Shown: positions 49,654 to 58,834 of the stretch, in pieces | Layout: each line of letters begins with the position of its first letter | Numbering within the stretch: the first letter of the stretch is position 1 | Assembly (NCBI GenBank): GCA_034520965.1 | Contig: JAXHMY010000003.1 | Span: 576,001 to 640,000 of the forward strand | Reading direction: 5' to 3' | DNA from: Spirochaetia bacterium | GTDB taxonomy: Bacteria; Spirochaetota; Spirochaetia; DSM-16054; Sediminispirochaetaceae | Length of the DNA stretch: 64,000 bases | The notes under the pieces: generated by a model | What the model was told of the DNA's origin: nothing | The model's database searches: none | The model's input: the letters and a program-made list of their open reading frames with translations, nothing else | Program-made: the position numbers and the translations under genes

Positions 49654-50847
49654 CTATGAATTCTTCGATTTGTCTTTCAAGAGTTCCGCAAAGGGGTTAT
49701 ATGTGTCTGATTCGGATTCAGATTCAGACTCGGGTTCCAGATACTTTTGATAATCTTTATCCTCCTGCTCTGATGAACCCCGTTTCAATGAAATCCTTTT
49801 CCTCTCGGTGTCTACACTCTTGATTTCAACGGTAATTTTTTGTCCCTTCTTCAAAGTATCGCTCGGGTTATTCTGCCATGTATCGCCTTTTAATTCAGAG
49901 ATATGCAGCAGTCCGTCCAAACCCGGTTCCAGTGACACAAAGGCACCGAAATTGGTAATTCGCACAACTTCTCCCGTGTGCTTTGAACCAACTGGATATT
50001 TTGAAGGGGCTTCATCCCATGGGTCGGGTAGCAGGGCCTTCATACTCAGGGTGATGCGCTCATTTTGCCAGTCGAGTTTGATAATCGAAACCTCGATTTC
50101 CTGACCTTCTGAAAATACTGCATGGATATCATCCACGCGGCTTCTGCTGATCTCTGAGATCGGAAGCAGAGCCTGCACACCGCCCAGATCAACAAAGGCA
50201 CCGAAATCCTGAATTGATTTTATGGTGCCGGTGACAACCGTGTTTTCCTTTAATGTCTTTTTTAGCTCTTCTACTCGCTGCTTCTGCTCTTCTTCCAGAA
50301 TTACCCGGTTGGAAACCAGGATATTGCGGCCGTTTTCGCTATACTCTAAAATCTTAAAGGTAAGCTGTTTTCCAATATACTCTTGAGGATTTTCTATCCG
50401 CCTTAGGCCCATCTGGGAATAGGGGCAGAAAGCCCGGGTCTCACCTATTTTGATTTCAAAACCGCCCTTAATCTCTTTTTCAACAAGCCCTTCAACAGGG
50501 ATTTTGCTCTCAAAGGCTTGTTCTAAGACCGCATTACCGGCTTTGTCCCCGCTAATTTTGGTTGTAAAATGCATCTCTCCGTTTTTTGAATACAGGAAAA
50601 ACGCTTTTATTTTATCACCCTCTTTCACTGAAATTTTATCATCGGCGTCAGTCAGCTCGGCCCTGTCCAGGATGCCCTCACTTTTACCGCTCAACTCCAG
50701 GAAAATGGAGTCCCCCGAAATGGAAACTATGATAGTCTCTATTTGTTGTCCAGGCTCCAATGAATCCATCGCGGAAAGACTTTCTTCATAAAGCGTTGCA
50801 AAATCCGCTTTGTTTTCTTTGTTTTCTTCAAAATTATCTTTAGCCAT
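49654..50847 (-). CDS. rpsA: Ribosomal protein S1-like protein (four S1 domains)
   Basis: 'GKSEGI', 'KGGFEI..RAFCPYSQM', 'FGAFVDLGGVQALLPISEI', 'FGAFVSLEPGLDGLLHISE'. Confidence 0.8.
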   Translation of the reverse strand: MAKDNFEENKENKADFATLYEESLSAMDSLEPGQQIETIIVSISGDSIFLELSGKSEGILDRAELTDADDKISVKEGDKIKAFFLYSKNGEMHFTTKISGDKAGNAVLEQAFESKIPVEGLVEKEIKGGFEIKIGETRAFCPYSQMGLRRIENPQEYIGKQLTFKILEYSENGRNILVSNRVILEEEQKQRVEELKKTLKENTVVTGTIKSIQDFGAFVDLGGVQALLPISEISRSRVDDIHAVFSEGQEIEVSIIKLDWQNERITLSMKALLPDPWDEAPSKYPVGSKHTGEVVRITNFGAFVSLEPGLDGLLHISELKGDTWQNNPSDTLKKGQKITVEIKSVDTERKRISLKRGSSEQEDKDYQKYLEPESESESESDTYNPFAELLKDKSKNS

Positions 50848-50933
50848 TTATCATATTACTCCAAAATTAAGTTGTCATTGTTTCAATGCTTCGATTTTAA
50901 AGTATATCAGAAAGTGTTTGTTTTGGATATTGC

Positions 50934-53204
50934 CTAGATTGAGACTCCCACCGAATACGCCGAACGGCTGGCCTCCAGGACCTTGCCCAGTTCAAAGGAG
51001 TCACCGATTACTCTTATATCGGGAGCAGCATTGGAGTGTATCAGTTCCCGGTACAAGCCATCTTCAGGATGTGCACCGGCGGCCAAAATCACTATATCTG
51101 CCGGCATTGTCTCATCCTGCGGTTCTTCCTTGATTTTCTTGGCAAAGGGGTTTTCAATGTTCTCCGGCAGGAGAGGAGCCCAGGTCACGTACGGATCGGG
51201 AACAGTCTTGGAGATATTCCGGCTCAGCAGAACATCCTTCTCGCGGACCTCCTTCAGACGGGTACAGTTGAGCAAAGGCACCTTCTGCTTCTCCAAATAG
51301 TGAATAAGCCATCCCCGGTTGGCCGTGCAGACCCCGGGCATTATGTGGGGCAGCATTTCTACCACACTCACATTCCGTCCCTTTTCGTGGGACAGGAAGT
51401 ACGCAGTTTCGCAGCCCACTACCCCGCCGCCGACTACCACAATATTTTGTGATTCTCCGATAATGGCGGGATCCCGCAATACATCTACCGCGAACACCAC
51501 ATTATCGGCATCGATTCCGGGTACCGGCGGGCGGCTCTGCTGTGAGCCGACAGCATGAAGGATTACCTCATAGTTTTCCTTTTTCAGCTCTTCCACACCG
51601 GGAGCGGTAGAGGTACGCAGTATGAAACCACACTCTCTCTTTGCCTTTTCGACTTCCTTTCTAAGATACTCCAGATAGTTGATAATATCGAATTTGATCG
51701 CCGGCTGCGAACCGGGAATCAACATTCCGCCAATGTTCTCCCGGGCCTCATAAAGTGTAACCTGGTGTCCTCGCTGGGCAGCAGTGAGAGCACTGATAAT
51801 TCCCGCCGGACCGCCGCCGACAACGGCCACTTTCTTGACCTTCCTGGCCGGCGCCATTTCGCTGCCGTCGTATAGATCTTCGAACCCGGTTTTGGGATTT
51901 ACCGCACACTGCGGATGCCCCCCTTCAACAAACTCGTTGATGCAGCCCTCTTGGCAGCCGATGCAGGGGGTAATGTCCTTGACCCTGCCGGCGAAGGCTT
52001 TGTTGGGCCATTCAGGATCGGCCAGCAAGGGGCGTCCGAGCATTACCATGTCGCATTTCTTATCGCGCAGGGCCTGTTCGGCCAGATCGGGGTAACCCAG
52101 TTTACCCACCGCAACCACCGGAACCTCTTGGCCGGCATTGGACTTGATACTGCGGGAGGCAAAGTGTTCTTTCACCAGCTGGGCCACATCGAGGTAACAG
52201 CCGGGCGCCATTGAACCCGGAGGATGGGGCAGCCACCAATTATCGTAACAACCTACATCAACGTCAAACATATCGACCCCGGCCCGTACCAATGCCTCCA
52301 TGTAATCCAGGGTCTGCTCTACAGTGCGCTCGTTCCTGAACTTCTTCAGGCTTTTGATTTTTGGCAGCTTTTCTCCATAGGTTTCATTCAACAGCAGGGA
52401 AAGATCGATCCGGTACATGATCGGGTATGAGTCACAGGTTCTTCTTCTGATCTCCCTTACCATATCGGTACCGAAACGCTTCCAATCCGAATACGCACCT
52501 ATTTTTCTGCGGTTGAAAGCGGGGTTGGTCATCTGCTCAAGCAGATAGCCCTCGTGCCCGTGCAGATACACGCCGTCAATGGTCATAGCCTTTGCGTCCG
52601 CCGCAGCCTGGCCGGCGTTTTTGATAATCTTCTTCGCCTGTCGGCCTGAAAGGGGGCGGCAGGGAATTGCGGGAATGTAGAAGTTCGGGTTCCACGAAGC
52701 CGATACGGGCATTTTAAGTTTGTTCACCATACATTCAGGAGACCCGACCCGTCCGAGTCCGGGGGTAAGCTGGATAAAGAAGCGTGCCCCGTGGGCATGA
52801 CAACGCTCTGCCAGGTCGCGCCACCCGGCCAGGTTGGAACGGCTGCGGTCTATCCGCGGGAAATAGGTCAGCTTGTCGAGTTCGGTCACCGAAGGATCTA
52901 TCCCGTGACTCACCGGTACCAGTCCCGATGTAATCAAGCCGACCCCGCCTTTCGCCCGGGCGGTGAAGTATTCGATCATTTTTGAATTGGGCCGGCCGGT
53001 CTCTTCGGCCATGTTGATATTGCCCATGGGGGCCATCACCAGCCTGTTTTTTATTGTGAGGCGGTTTATCTGTATCGGCGAAAACATCGCAGTATAAGGG
53101 TGCAGATCGGCTGTCATTTTGCCCGATTTTAATTTCTCTTCATCCTCATACCAGGTTCCAAAGCTATCGGAAAGCTCTTGAATTTTCTGCTGGTTTCTAC
53201 TCAT
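50934..53204 (-). CDS. Old-yellow-enzyme family 2-enoate reductase-like flavo/Fe-S oxidoreductase
   Basis: Start MSRNQQ (SD AAGGAG); 'IKNRLVMAPMG', 'RAKGGVGLI', 'LHGHEGYLL', 4Fe-4S 'CIGCQEGC..C', 'VVGGGPAG', 'VVGGGVVGCE'. Confidence 0.9.
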   Translation of the reverse strand: MSRNQQKIQELSDSFGTWYEDEEKLKSGKMTADLHPYTAMFSPIQINRLTIKNRLVMAPMGNINMAEETGRPNSKMIEYFTARAKGGVGLITSGLVPVSHGIDPSVTELDKLTYFPRIDRSRSNLAGWRDLAERCHAHGARFFIQLTPGLGRVGSPECMVNKLKMPVSASWNPNFYIPAIPCRPLSGRQAKKIIKNAGQAAADAKAMTIDGVYLHGHEGYLLEQMTNPAFNRRKIGAYSDWKRFGTDMVREIRRRTCDSYPIMYRIDLSLLLNETYGEKLPKIKSLKKFRNERTVEQTLDYMEALVRAGVDMFDVDVGCYDNWWLPHPPGSMAPGCYLDVAQLVKEHFASRSIKSNAGQEVPVVAVGKLGYPDLAEQALRDKKCDMVMLGRPLLADPEWPNKAFAGRVKDITPCIGCQEGCINEFVEGGHPQCAVNPKTGFEDLYDGSEMAPARKVKKVAVVGGGPAGIISALTAAQRGHQVTLYEARENIGGMLIPGSQPAIKFDIINYLEYLRKEVEKAKRECGFILRTSTAPGVEELKKENYEVILHAVGSQQSRPPVPGIDADNVVFAVDVLRDPAIIGESQNIVVVGGGVVGCETAYFLSHEKGRNVSVVEMLPHIMPGVCTANRGWLIHYLEKQKVPLLNCTRLKEVREKDVLLSRNISKTVPDPYVTWAPLLPENIENPFAKKIKEEPQDETMPADIVILAAGAHPEDGLYRELIHSNAAPDIRVIGDSFELGKVLEASRSAYSVGVSI

Positions 53205-53269
53205 CTTCTGTCTCCTTGTGAAGCAGTAGAAATATAGTATCATGAACACAGTAACGAGACCATTGGAAA

Positions 53270-53411
53270 CAGGAATTCTAATTTTGGAAGTCTTTTGACT
53301 TCCAAAATTAGAATAATTTCAAACCCTTTAAGGTAAATTACTTATCCTAAAAAAAATGTGAGCATTCTAAATTTGAAAATTTTAATAAAATTTTCAAATT
53401 TAGAATCGCTG
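53270..53411. mobile_element. MITE-like element, copy 2 (142 bp)
   Basis: Ends CAGGAATTCTAATTTTGG / TCAAATTTAGAATCGCTG; exact 9-bp direct repeat CATTGGAAA at 53261-53269 and 53412-53420. Confidence 0.85.
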
Positions 53412-53498
53412 CATTGGAAACACAGCGCATTGAAAGTGAGGGAAGAATACAGTACAGTGATGGTATCAAAGACGAAAAAAGATACAGGAGCAGATAAA

Positions 53499-53984
53499 AT
53501 GAGTACACAACAATGGGACAACCCACCGCAGATGCAGATCGATACCGAGGCGCAGCACTTTGCGACTCTCAAAACTAGCAAGGGAGATATAGAGTTGCAG
53601 CTGTTTCCCGAGCACGCACCGAAGACGGTGAACAACTTTGTGTTTCTCGCCGAGCAGGCCTTTTATGACGGGGTCCTTTTTCACCGGGTTATCAACAACT
53701 TTATGGTACAAACCGGAGACCCCACCGGAACCGGACGAGGCGGACCCGGATATCGCTTCGAGGACGAGACGAAGGGCAATCCCCTGAAGCATGAGGCAAA
53801 AGTAGCCTCCATGGCCAACGCCGGACCAAACACCAACGGCAGCCAGTTTTTTATTACCCATGCCCCTCAACCCCATTTGAACGGGAAACACACCGTATTC
53901 GGCAAGGTGACCAAGGGCGCTGAGGTGGTGGATGATATTAAACAGGGCGACAGTATTAAATCGGTGGAGATTCACAAAGCCTAG
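53499..53984 (+). CDS. Cyclophilin-type peptidyl-prolyl cis-trans isomerase
   Basis: Start MSTQQW (SD AGGAG); 'APKTVNNF', '[19 protein letters not shown]', '[17 protein letters not shown]', 'HTVFG'. Confidence 0.95.
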   Translation: MSTQQWDNPPQMQIDTEAQHFATLKTSKGDIELQLFPEHAPKTVNNFVFLAEQAFYDGVLFHRVINNFMVQTGDPTGTGRGGPGYRFEDETKGNPLKHEAKVASMANAGPNTNGSQFFITHAPQPHLNGKHTVFGKVTKGAEVVDDIKQGDSIKSVEIHKA

Positions 53985-53993
53985 TCTGAGAGT

Positions 53994-55051
53994 ATGAACA
54001 GTATACACGATGCATCCCCCGCCGGCGATTTCGACCTTTTGTCTCCGGAGCTTGTTCTGAAGGCGGTGGAAGGAGCCTTTGGCCTTAGTTTGACCGACAA
54101 CATTACCCAGTACAACAGTTACATTAACCGTGTGTACGAACTCCACGGGGAGGGCGACCGGCGGTACATGGCAAAGTTCTACCGCCCCGGCCGTTGGAGC
54201 GAAGAAGCAATCCTGGAGGAACATACCTTCATTCAGGACTGTGTGGAGATGGAGATTCCCACCGTAGCTCCCCTGCCAGACCCGGAGGAGACACCCTCCC
54301 TGTAGTGGAGGTGGTAGATCCGGCCCGGGAAGAATCAGGGACGACCGGAACAAGCACCGCAGCCTCCGAGCCCGCGAACCTGCAGGAGTATCCCTTTGCC
54401 CTCTTTCCAAAAAGGGGCGGTCGCAACTTCGACGCCGAGACCGAGGAGGACTGGCTGCGGCTGGGAGCCCTGGTGGGGCGCATGCACACAGCAGCACTGC
54501 AGCGAGGTGCCGACCGACGGCAGTACTGCCTGCCGTCACCCATTATCAATCAGTGCCTGCAGGAACTTGACGAGGGGAATGCGGTGCACCCCGAGCACCG
54601 GCAGGAGTTTTTTGAACTGGCCACGGAGATTCGCAAGCGTATCGAACCCTTGTTTGAAGGGGTGCCCCTTCAACGGGTGCACGGAGACTGCCACCGGGGC
54701 AACATTCTGGAGCGTCCTGGGGAGGGACTCCTGCTAATCGACTTCGATGATATGATGATAGGTCCTGCCGTCCAGGACCTGTGGCTTCTGCTGCCCTCGC
54801 GGGTAGATAACTGCCCGCAGGAGTTCAACCTGATTGCAGAGGGCTACGAGCAGTTCCGCCCCTTCGACTACTCTCAGAAGCGGCTGATAGAGCCCCTCCG
54901 GGCCATGCGCATGCTCTACTACCTGGCCTGGGAAGCACGGCAGCGCAACGACCGCCGCTTTCGCACCGAACACCCCCACTGGGGCGGCAGCGCCTACTGG
55001 AGCAAGGAGATCGAAGACCTACGCGACCAGCTGCTGTATTGCAGCGAGTAA
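53994..55051 (+). CDS. srkA: Stress-response Ser/Thr kinase SrkA/RdoA; -1 frameshift at GG 54287-54288
   Basis: 'NSYINRVY', 'AKFYRPGRWS..AILEEH' in 53994..54305; 'VHGDCHRGNIL', 'IDFDD', 'GPAVQDLW', 'LIEPLR' in 54194..55051; adding one G gives 'PDPEGDTLPV'. Confidence 0.9.
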
Positions 55052-55107
55052 AGGTTTACAGATAGCAATAGGAAACTTTTTTTGTTATACTACGGACGGA
55101 GGTTTAG

Positions 55108-55359
55108 ATGCCTAAAGTTACTGTAGATATGTCTATTGAGGACATTGCAGAGTCTATTTCCCGTCTTTCTTCTGAAGAACGGGAAACTTTATTACTTTTG
55201 CTTTCACCGAAAGGTGAAGAATTGAAAACCCGTAAAGAGGAAATTGAGAGTGGAAAGATAACGACCTTATCTCACGAAGAAATGTTTGATGCCTCAACTT
55301 CGTTATCATCCCAAAGTAAAAAAAGATTTAAAGCATTTCGAACCACAACTTTTGAATAA
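55108..55359 (+). CDS. Putative antitoxin of a RelE-type TA pair
   Basis: Small protein with SD GGAGG and 'EIESGK..TLSHEEMF' addiction-module-like motif directly upstream of a RelE-like gene. Confidence 0.65.
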   Translation: MPKVTVDMSIEDIAESISRLSSEERETLLLLLSPKGEELKTRKEEIESGKITTLSHEEMFDASTSLSSQSKKRFKAFRTTTFE

Positions 55360-55576
55360 AATCCGTGATGAGTATCTTGCAGTTATTAAAGAAAATCCAA
55401 CCAAAGGGAAAGCTTTGAGAGGCTATCTACATGGGATCCTCTCGTATCATTTCAAGTTTCAAAAGTTCCAATATCGAATTGCCTATATGTATTCCAAGCA
55501 GGATCAAATTATTACTGTTTTAATGATCGGGAAGCGGGAGAACTTTTATAGCATACTTTCTAGACGTGTTTCATAG
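55289..55576 (+). CDS. RelE/ParE family toxin
   Basis: 'LRYHPKVKKDLK', 'IKENPTKGKALRGYL', 'QYRIAY', 'VLMIGKRENFY'; AT-rich. Confidence 0.85.
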   Translation: MPQLRYHPKVKKDLKHFEPQLLNKIRDEYLAVIKENPTKGKALRGYLHGILSYHFKFQKFQYRIAYMYSKQDQIITVLMIGKRENFYSILSRRVS

Positions 55577-55672
55577 TCACCCACATCAATACTACACATG
55601 CATTTTTTCCTACCAATTAAATCTAAATACTACTACAATTAAGACATAAAAAAATTGATAAGGAGCGAGTGT

Positions 55673-56053
55673 ATGGGTTTAGTATCGAGTCTGATGGGCA
55701 ATGCCGGTGCGGTAGAACCTTCGAAACTGCAGGAGCAGTATGGCAAACTGTTTACAGAGGGCGAAGAGGTCGAATTAGGCTTCAAGCTGGTACGGGATGT
55801 GTTTATATTCACCAACCGCCGGCTCATTTTGGTAGATGTACAGGGTATCACTGGTAAAAAAACTTCTTATCTCTCAGTGGGCTATAAGAGCATTAGCCGT
55901 TTCAGTCTGGAGACTTCCGGTCATTTCGACCTCGATGCTGAGTTGAAGATATGGCTCTCCGGAGAAAACTCCCCCACTATCGATAAGCAGTTTAACAAGA
56001 AAGTAGATGTGTACGCGCTGCAGAAACTGCTTGCATCGCATGTGATGGGCTAA
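55673..56053 (+). CDS. Bacterial PH-domain protein (YvbH/DUF1696-like)
   Basis: Start MGLVSSLMGNA (SD AAGGAG); 'FKLVRDVFIFTNRRLILVDVQGITGKK', 'ETSGHFDLDAELKIW'. Confidence 0.9.
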   Translation: MGLVSSLMGNAGAVEPSKLQEQYGKLFTEGEEVELGFKLVRDVFIFTNRRLILVDVQGITGKKTSYLSVGYKSISRFSLETSGHFDLDAELKIWLSGENSPTIDKQFNKKVDVYALQKLLASHVMG

Positions 56054-56133
56054 AAACAGCACGAGCTACGATTTTGACGAGCTCAAGCAGCGCCTGGAGT
56101 AGCTCGACCTCAGTTTGGCCTGATTTACCCTTT

Positions 56134-56163
56134 AAAAAGCAAAAGCCCCCGGTAATGGGGGCT
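56134..56163 (-). terminator. Intrinsic terminator
   Basis: AGCCCCC-N6-GGGGGCT followed by TTTGCTTTTT on minus strand. Confidence 0.65.
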
Positions 56164-56214
56164 ATATTGATGTAAAGCTTAAGTTGTTTCTCTATTATAT
56201 TCATATGATTTATT

Positions 56215-56610
56215 TTAATCAATAGGTTTTATAAATTCATTTCCATAGACAGCCGGGCAGCACCAGGCATCATCATTCATGTCGGCCCCGCGCTTTTCCA
56301 ACTCGGTACCGGTTGCTCCGTCGATTATCACCACCCCGCTGCCCGGCTGCACTGGATACCCTTCTGTTTTTATATTGGTAGGATGGCCGCGCCACTCTTT
56401 AGATGTTCCAGTGATATTCATCCCGCATGAGGGACTGCCGTCCAGGCCAATCACCAGCAGTTTATAATTATACGAGGGATACTGCTGCAGTTGGTCGAGC
56501 ACCATAACCGATAGGTCGCGGCAGTGCTGCCGGTACTTGGGAGTGTCATACTGATCAATAACGGCGGAAAAGCGGTTCAAGCCGGTAAAAGAGCACTCCG
56601 AGAGGGGCGG
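56215..56610 (-). pseudogene. Chimeric remnant: central/C-terminal part of a DUF523/TudS-related (CD3072-like) protein fused to the N-terminus of a homocysteine S-methyltransferase
   Basis: 'ECSFTGLNR..DQYDTPKYRQHCR..IGLDGSPSCG..GSGV' then in frame 'VIIDGATGTELEKRGADMNDDAWC'; no start or RBS, both parts truncated. Confidence 0.65.
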
Positions 56611-56630
56611 GCCGGGAGGCGCCCAGAAAA

Positions 56631-57954
56631 TCACTCCGGAGGAGATAGGGGAGATGAGGGAGCTTGGGGTACTGAAGTGCGCCGCTTGACTTTCAGGGGG
56701 CGGCCCACCTTGCGCAGCAGATGAAATGCCGCCGCAGAGGTTCGGGGATACACACGAAAGGAGCTTTTGCGAAACCGGGGCAGCCGGGGCACAAGGCGCA
56801 CCCGCAGCAGAGCAAACAGAATGTAGAGCCCCAGGGGCAGGGCCATCGAGTAAAACAGCCCCGCCGGACCTAACCTGGACATAAACAGCCCCCCTAACAG
56901 CGGCCCCGCCGCCGAACCTATTCCGTAATATACAATGATAGCGCCGGCGGCATGTACCATCTCGTCCGGGTTCAGCTGATCGTTCATCAGGGCAATACAC
57001 AGCGAATACATGGGCATTGCAAAGCCGCCGAACAGCAGAACAAGGGGATACAGCATCAGGCCACTCGCCTTGGTCACCGCAATCATCAGGGCCGCCGCGA
57101 TTCCAACTATCGCACTCAGCAGAATCGCTTTTCTACGGTCGCGTCGGTCGGAAATCAGGCCCAAAGGCCACTGGAAGGCCAGAGTTCCCAGGGAAACCAA
57201 CAGCATCAGAAAACCGATCTGCGCCTCAGCTACCCCTACCTGCTGCCCGTAGCGCGGGACCAGACTCCAACTGGCTCCAAATATGAGCCCGCTTAACATT
57301 ATCCCGCTTCCGGCCAAGGGCGAACGCATAAAGGTCTGCACCAGCAGAGCCTTCTGCTTGCGTACCTGGGGCATCCCCGTTACCTTGGTCAGCGCCAGGG
57401 GTACCAAACAGAGGGAGATCAGCACCGTGGTAATTCCGAATATTTCAAAATTTGCCGGAGAGAAAACCCCGATAAGCGGCTGTCCAAGTCCCAGCGAAAC
57501 ATGATAGACCATACCATACACACTGAGCACCCGCCCGCGATTCCGGCTAGTTGAAGAGACATTCAGCCAGCTCTCTACCACCACCAGCATCACCGACAGA
57601 CACAGGCCGTGCATCAGGCGCAGCACGATCCAGGCATAGGGGTTACATGAGGATAACATGGAAAATCGCCGAGGCCGAGGCGATTGAGGCAAAGGCGGCA
57701 AAGGACCGCACATAGCCTACGGTGCGGATAACCGGTGCGGCAATAAAGACGCCGACGGCTAATCCGGCGTAGTACACCGACATAATCACACCGATGAGCG
57801 GCTCGGGGAAGCCCTCGATACCTGCACGAATCGCCAGCGCCGTTCCCTGCAGGGCCGATCCGACCCCCATAAGCAGCACCGCCACCATAATGGCCGTGAT
57901 GGTGGTAAGCGGGCGGTTTTCTTCCTGATAACTTAACTCTTGTGTTTCCGACAT
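56631..57954 (-). CDS. MFS transporter (YcaD-like); +1 frameshift near 57645
   Basis: 57643..57954 ('VGYVRSFAAFASI') joins 56631..57713 ('VVVESWLN..NRGRVLSVY', 'QWPLGLISDRRDRR', 'GSAAGPLLGG'). Confidence 0.88.
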
Positions 57955-58042
57955 ATCTCTATTTGTAACGGAAATACACTGCTATAGCAAGCTATGCGCA
58001 GATGGCTGGGCCCGAAGGCCCGAGCCAGGGGCTGGGACAGTT

Positions 58043-58504
58043 TTAGTACTTACAGTTGGGGCAGCTGCTGGTGTCCACCAGATCATACCGCGCAAGCAAA
58101 CCGAAAATCTTACACCCGGCGCAATAGCGAAGGAAGCACTCCAGAAAGGAGAATGTGCCCAAAAGCAGGAGCGTTGCCGCTGCATAATTCGGCAATTCCA
58201 CTGAGCTTAAAATTGCAGCAATACCGGACAGGAGCAAACCTATCCTTGCCGCAAAACGTTTTGGAGTAAAAAATATCTGCTTATCCTTTGCCGTAAAAAG
58301 ACGGGAACTTGCTGTTTTTGACAACCAAGCAAGGGGGCTGAATTTTGGATGTATGAACCCGCGGATAAAGAAATCCGCCGCAAGCAGCAGGGGTATCCAC
58401 ATCCCCCCAAAATACACTCCGGAAAGACTCAGCAGGATCACCCACAAGGCCACCCCGCGGACTACAGATTCTTGTACTATCTTTGGATATTCTATACGTT
58501 TCAT
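58043..58504 (-). CDS. DUF4395 family membrane protein
   Basis: 'ADFFIRGF..KFSPLA', 'PKRFAARIG', 'LECFLRYCAGCKIF'. Confidence 0.85.
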   Translation of the reverse strand: MKRIEYPKIVQESVVRGVALWVILLSLSGVYFGGMWIPLLLAADFFIRGFIHPKFSPLAWLSKTASSRLFTAKDKQIFFTPKRFAARIGLLLSGIAAILSSVELPNYAAATLLLLGTFSFLECFLRYCAGCKIFGLLARYDLVDTSSCPNCKY

Positions 58505-58676
58505 AGTATTAGTATACTAATTATTATTATTTTTGTCAGCTTTTACAGCACACATTCCAAAAGTGGAGAGTCCGCGAATGCTGCGTGGGGCTGCCGCATG
58601 CCTTGTCGCTGCCTTGTCGCTGGCATGTCGCTGGCCCCTGGAACAGTGGAAGCGGTCCCCCACCCATCCCACTAGG

Positions 58677-58746
58677 CTGTACCTCGATGCCGTTAGTCAA
58701 TGAAATTCAGACGTGAAAAACGATGACTAACGGCATCGGGCTCAAG
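58677..58746. repeat. Dispersed palindromic element, copy 2
   Basis: CTGTACCTCGATGCCGTTAGTCA...TGACTAACGGCATCGGG, homologous to 46799..46867. Confidence 0.75.
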
Positions 58747-58834
58747 GGGTAAAGGGCAGGGCACAGGGGTAAAGCTGCGTCCCGGGATCCCTCGCCGGGG
58801 ACCTGCGGCGGACCCGGCCCGGCCCGGCCACCAT

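Noticed and set aside
50934..53204. Bilirubin reductase BilR
   Set aside because: Active-site motif is HGHEGY, not the HGDR motif that defines BilR.
43320..53411. Palindromic repeats with similar-length spacers as a mini CRISPR array
   Set aside because: Only two non-identical hairpins per locus, bounded by TIRs and 9-bp TSDs; no cas genes and no direct-repeat array.
53466..54539. Long antisense or alternative-frame ORFs (e.g. 53466..54539, 58985..60013, 60416..61633, 43627..44556, 4004..4885)
   Set aside because: They shadow well-supported genes in GC-rich DNA, lack RBS and recognisable motifs.
56215..57000. 261-aa ORF as a real gene
   Set aside because: First half is an off-frame read of the MFS 3' end; only the distal part is a gene remnant, reported as a pseudogene.
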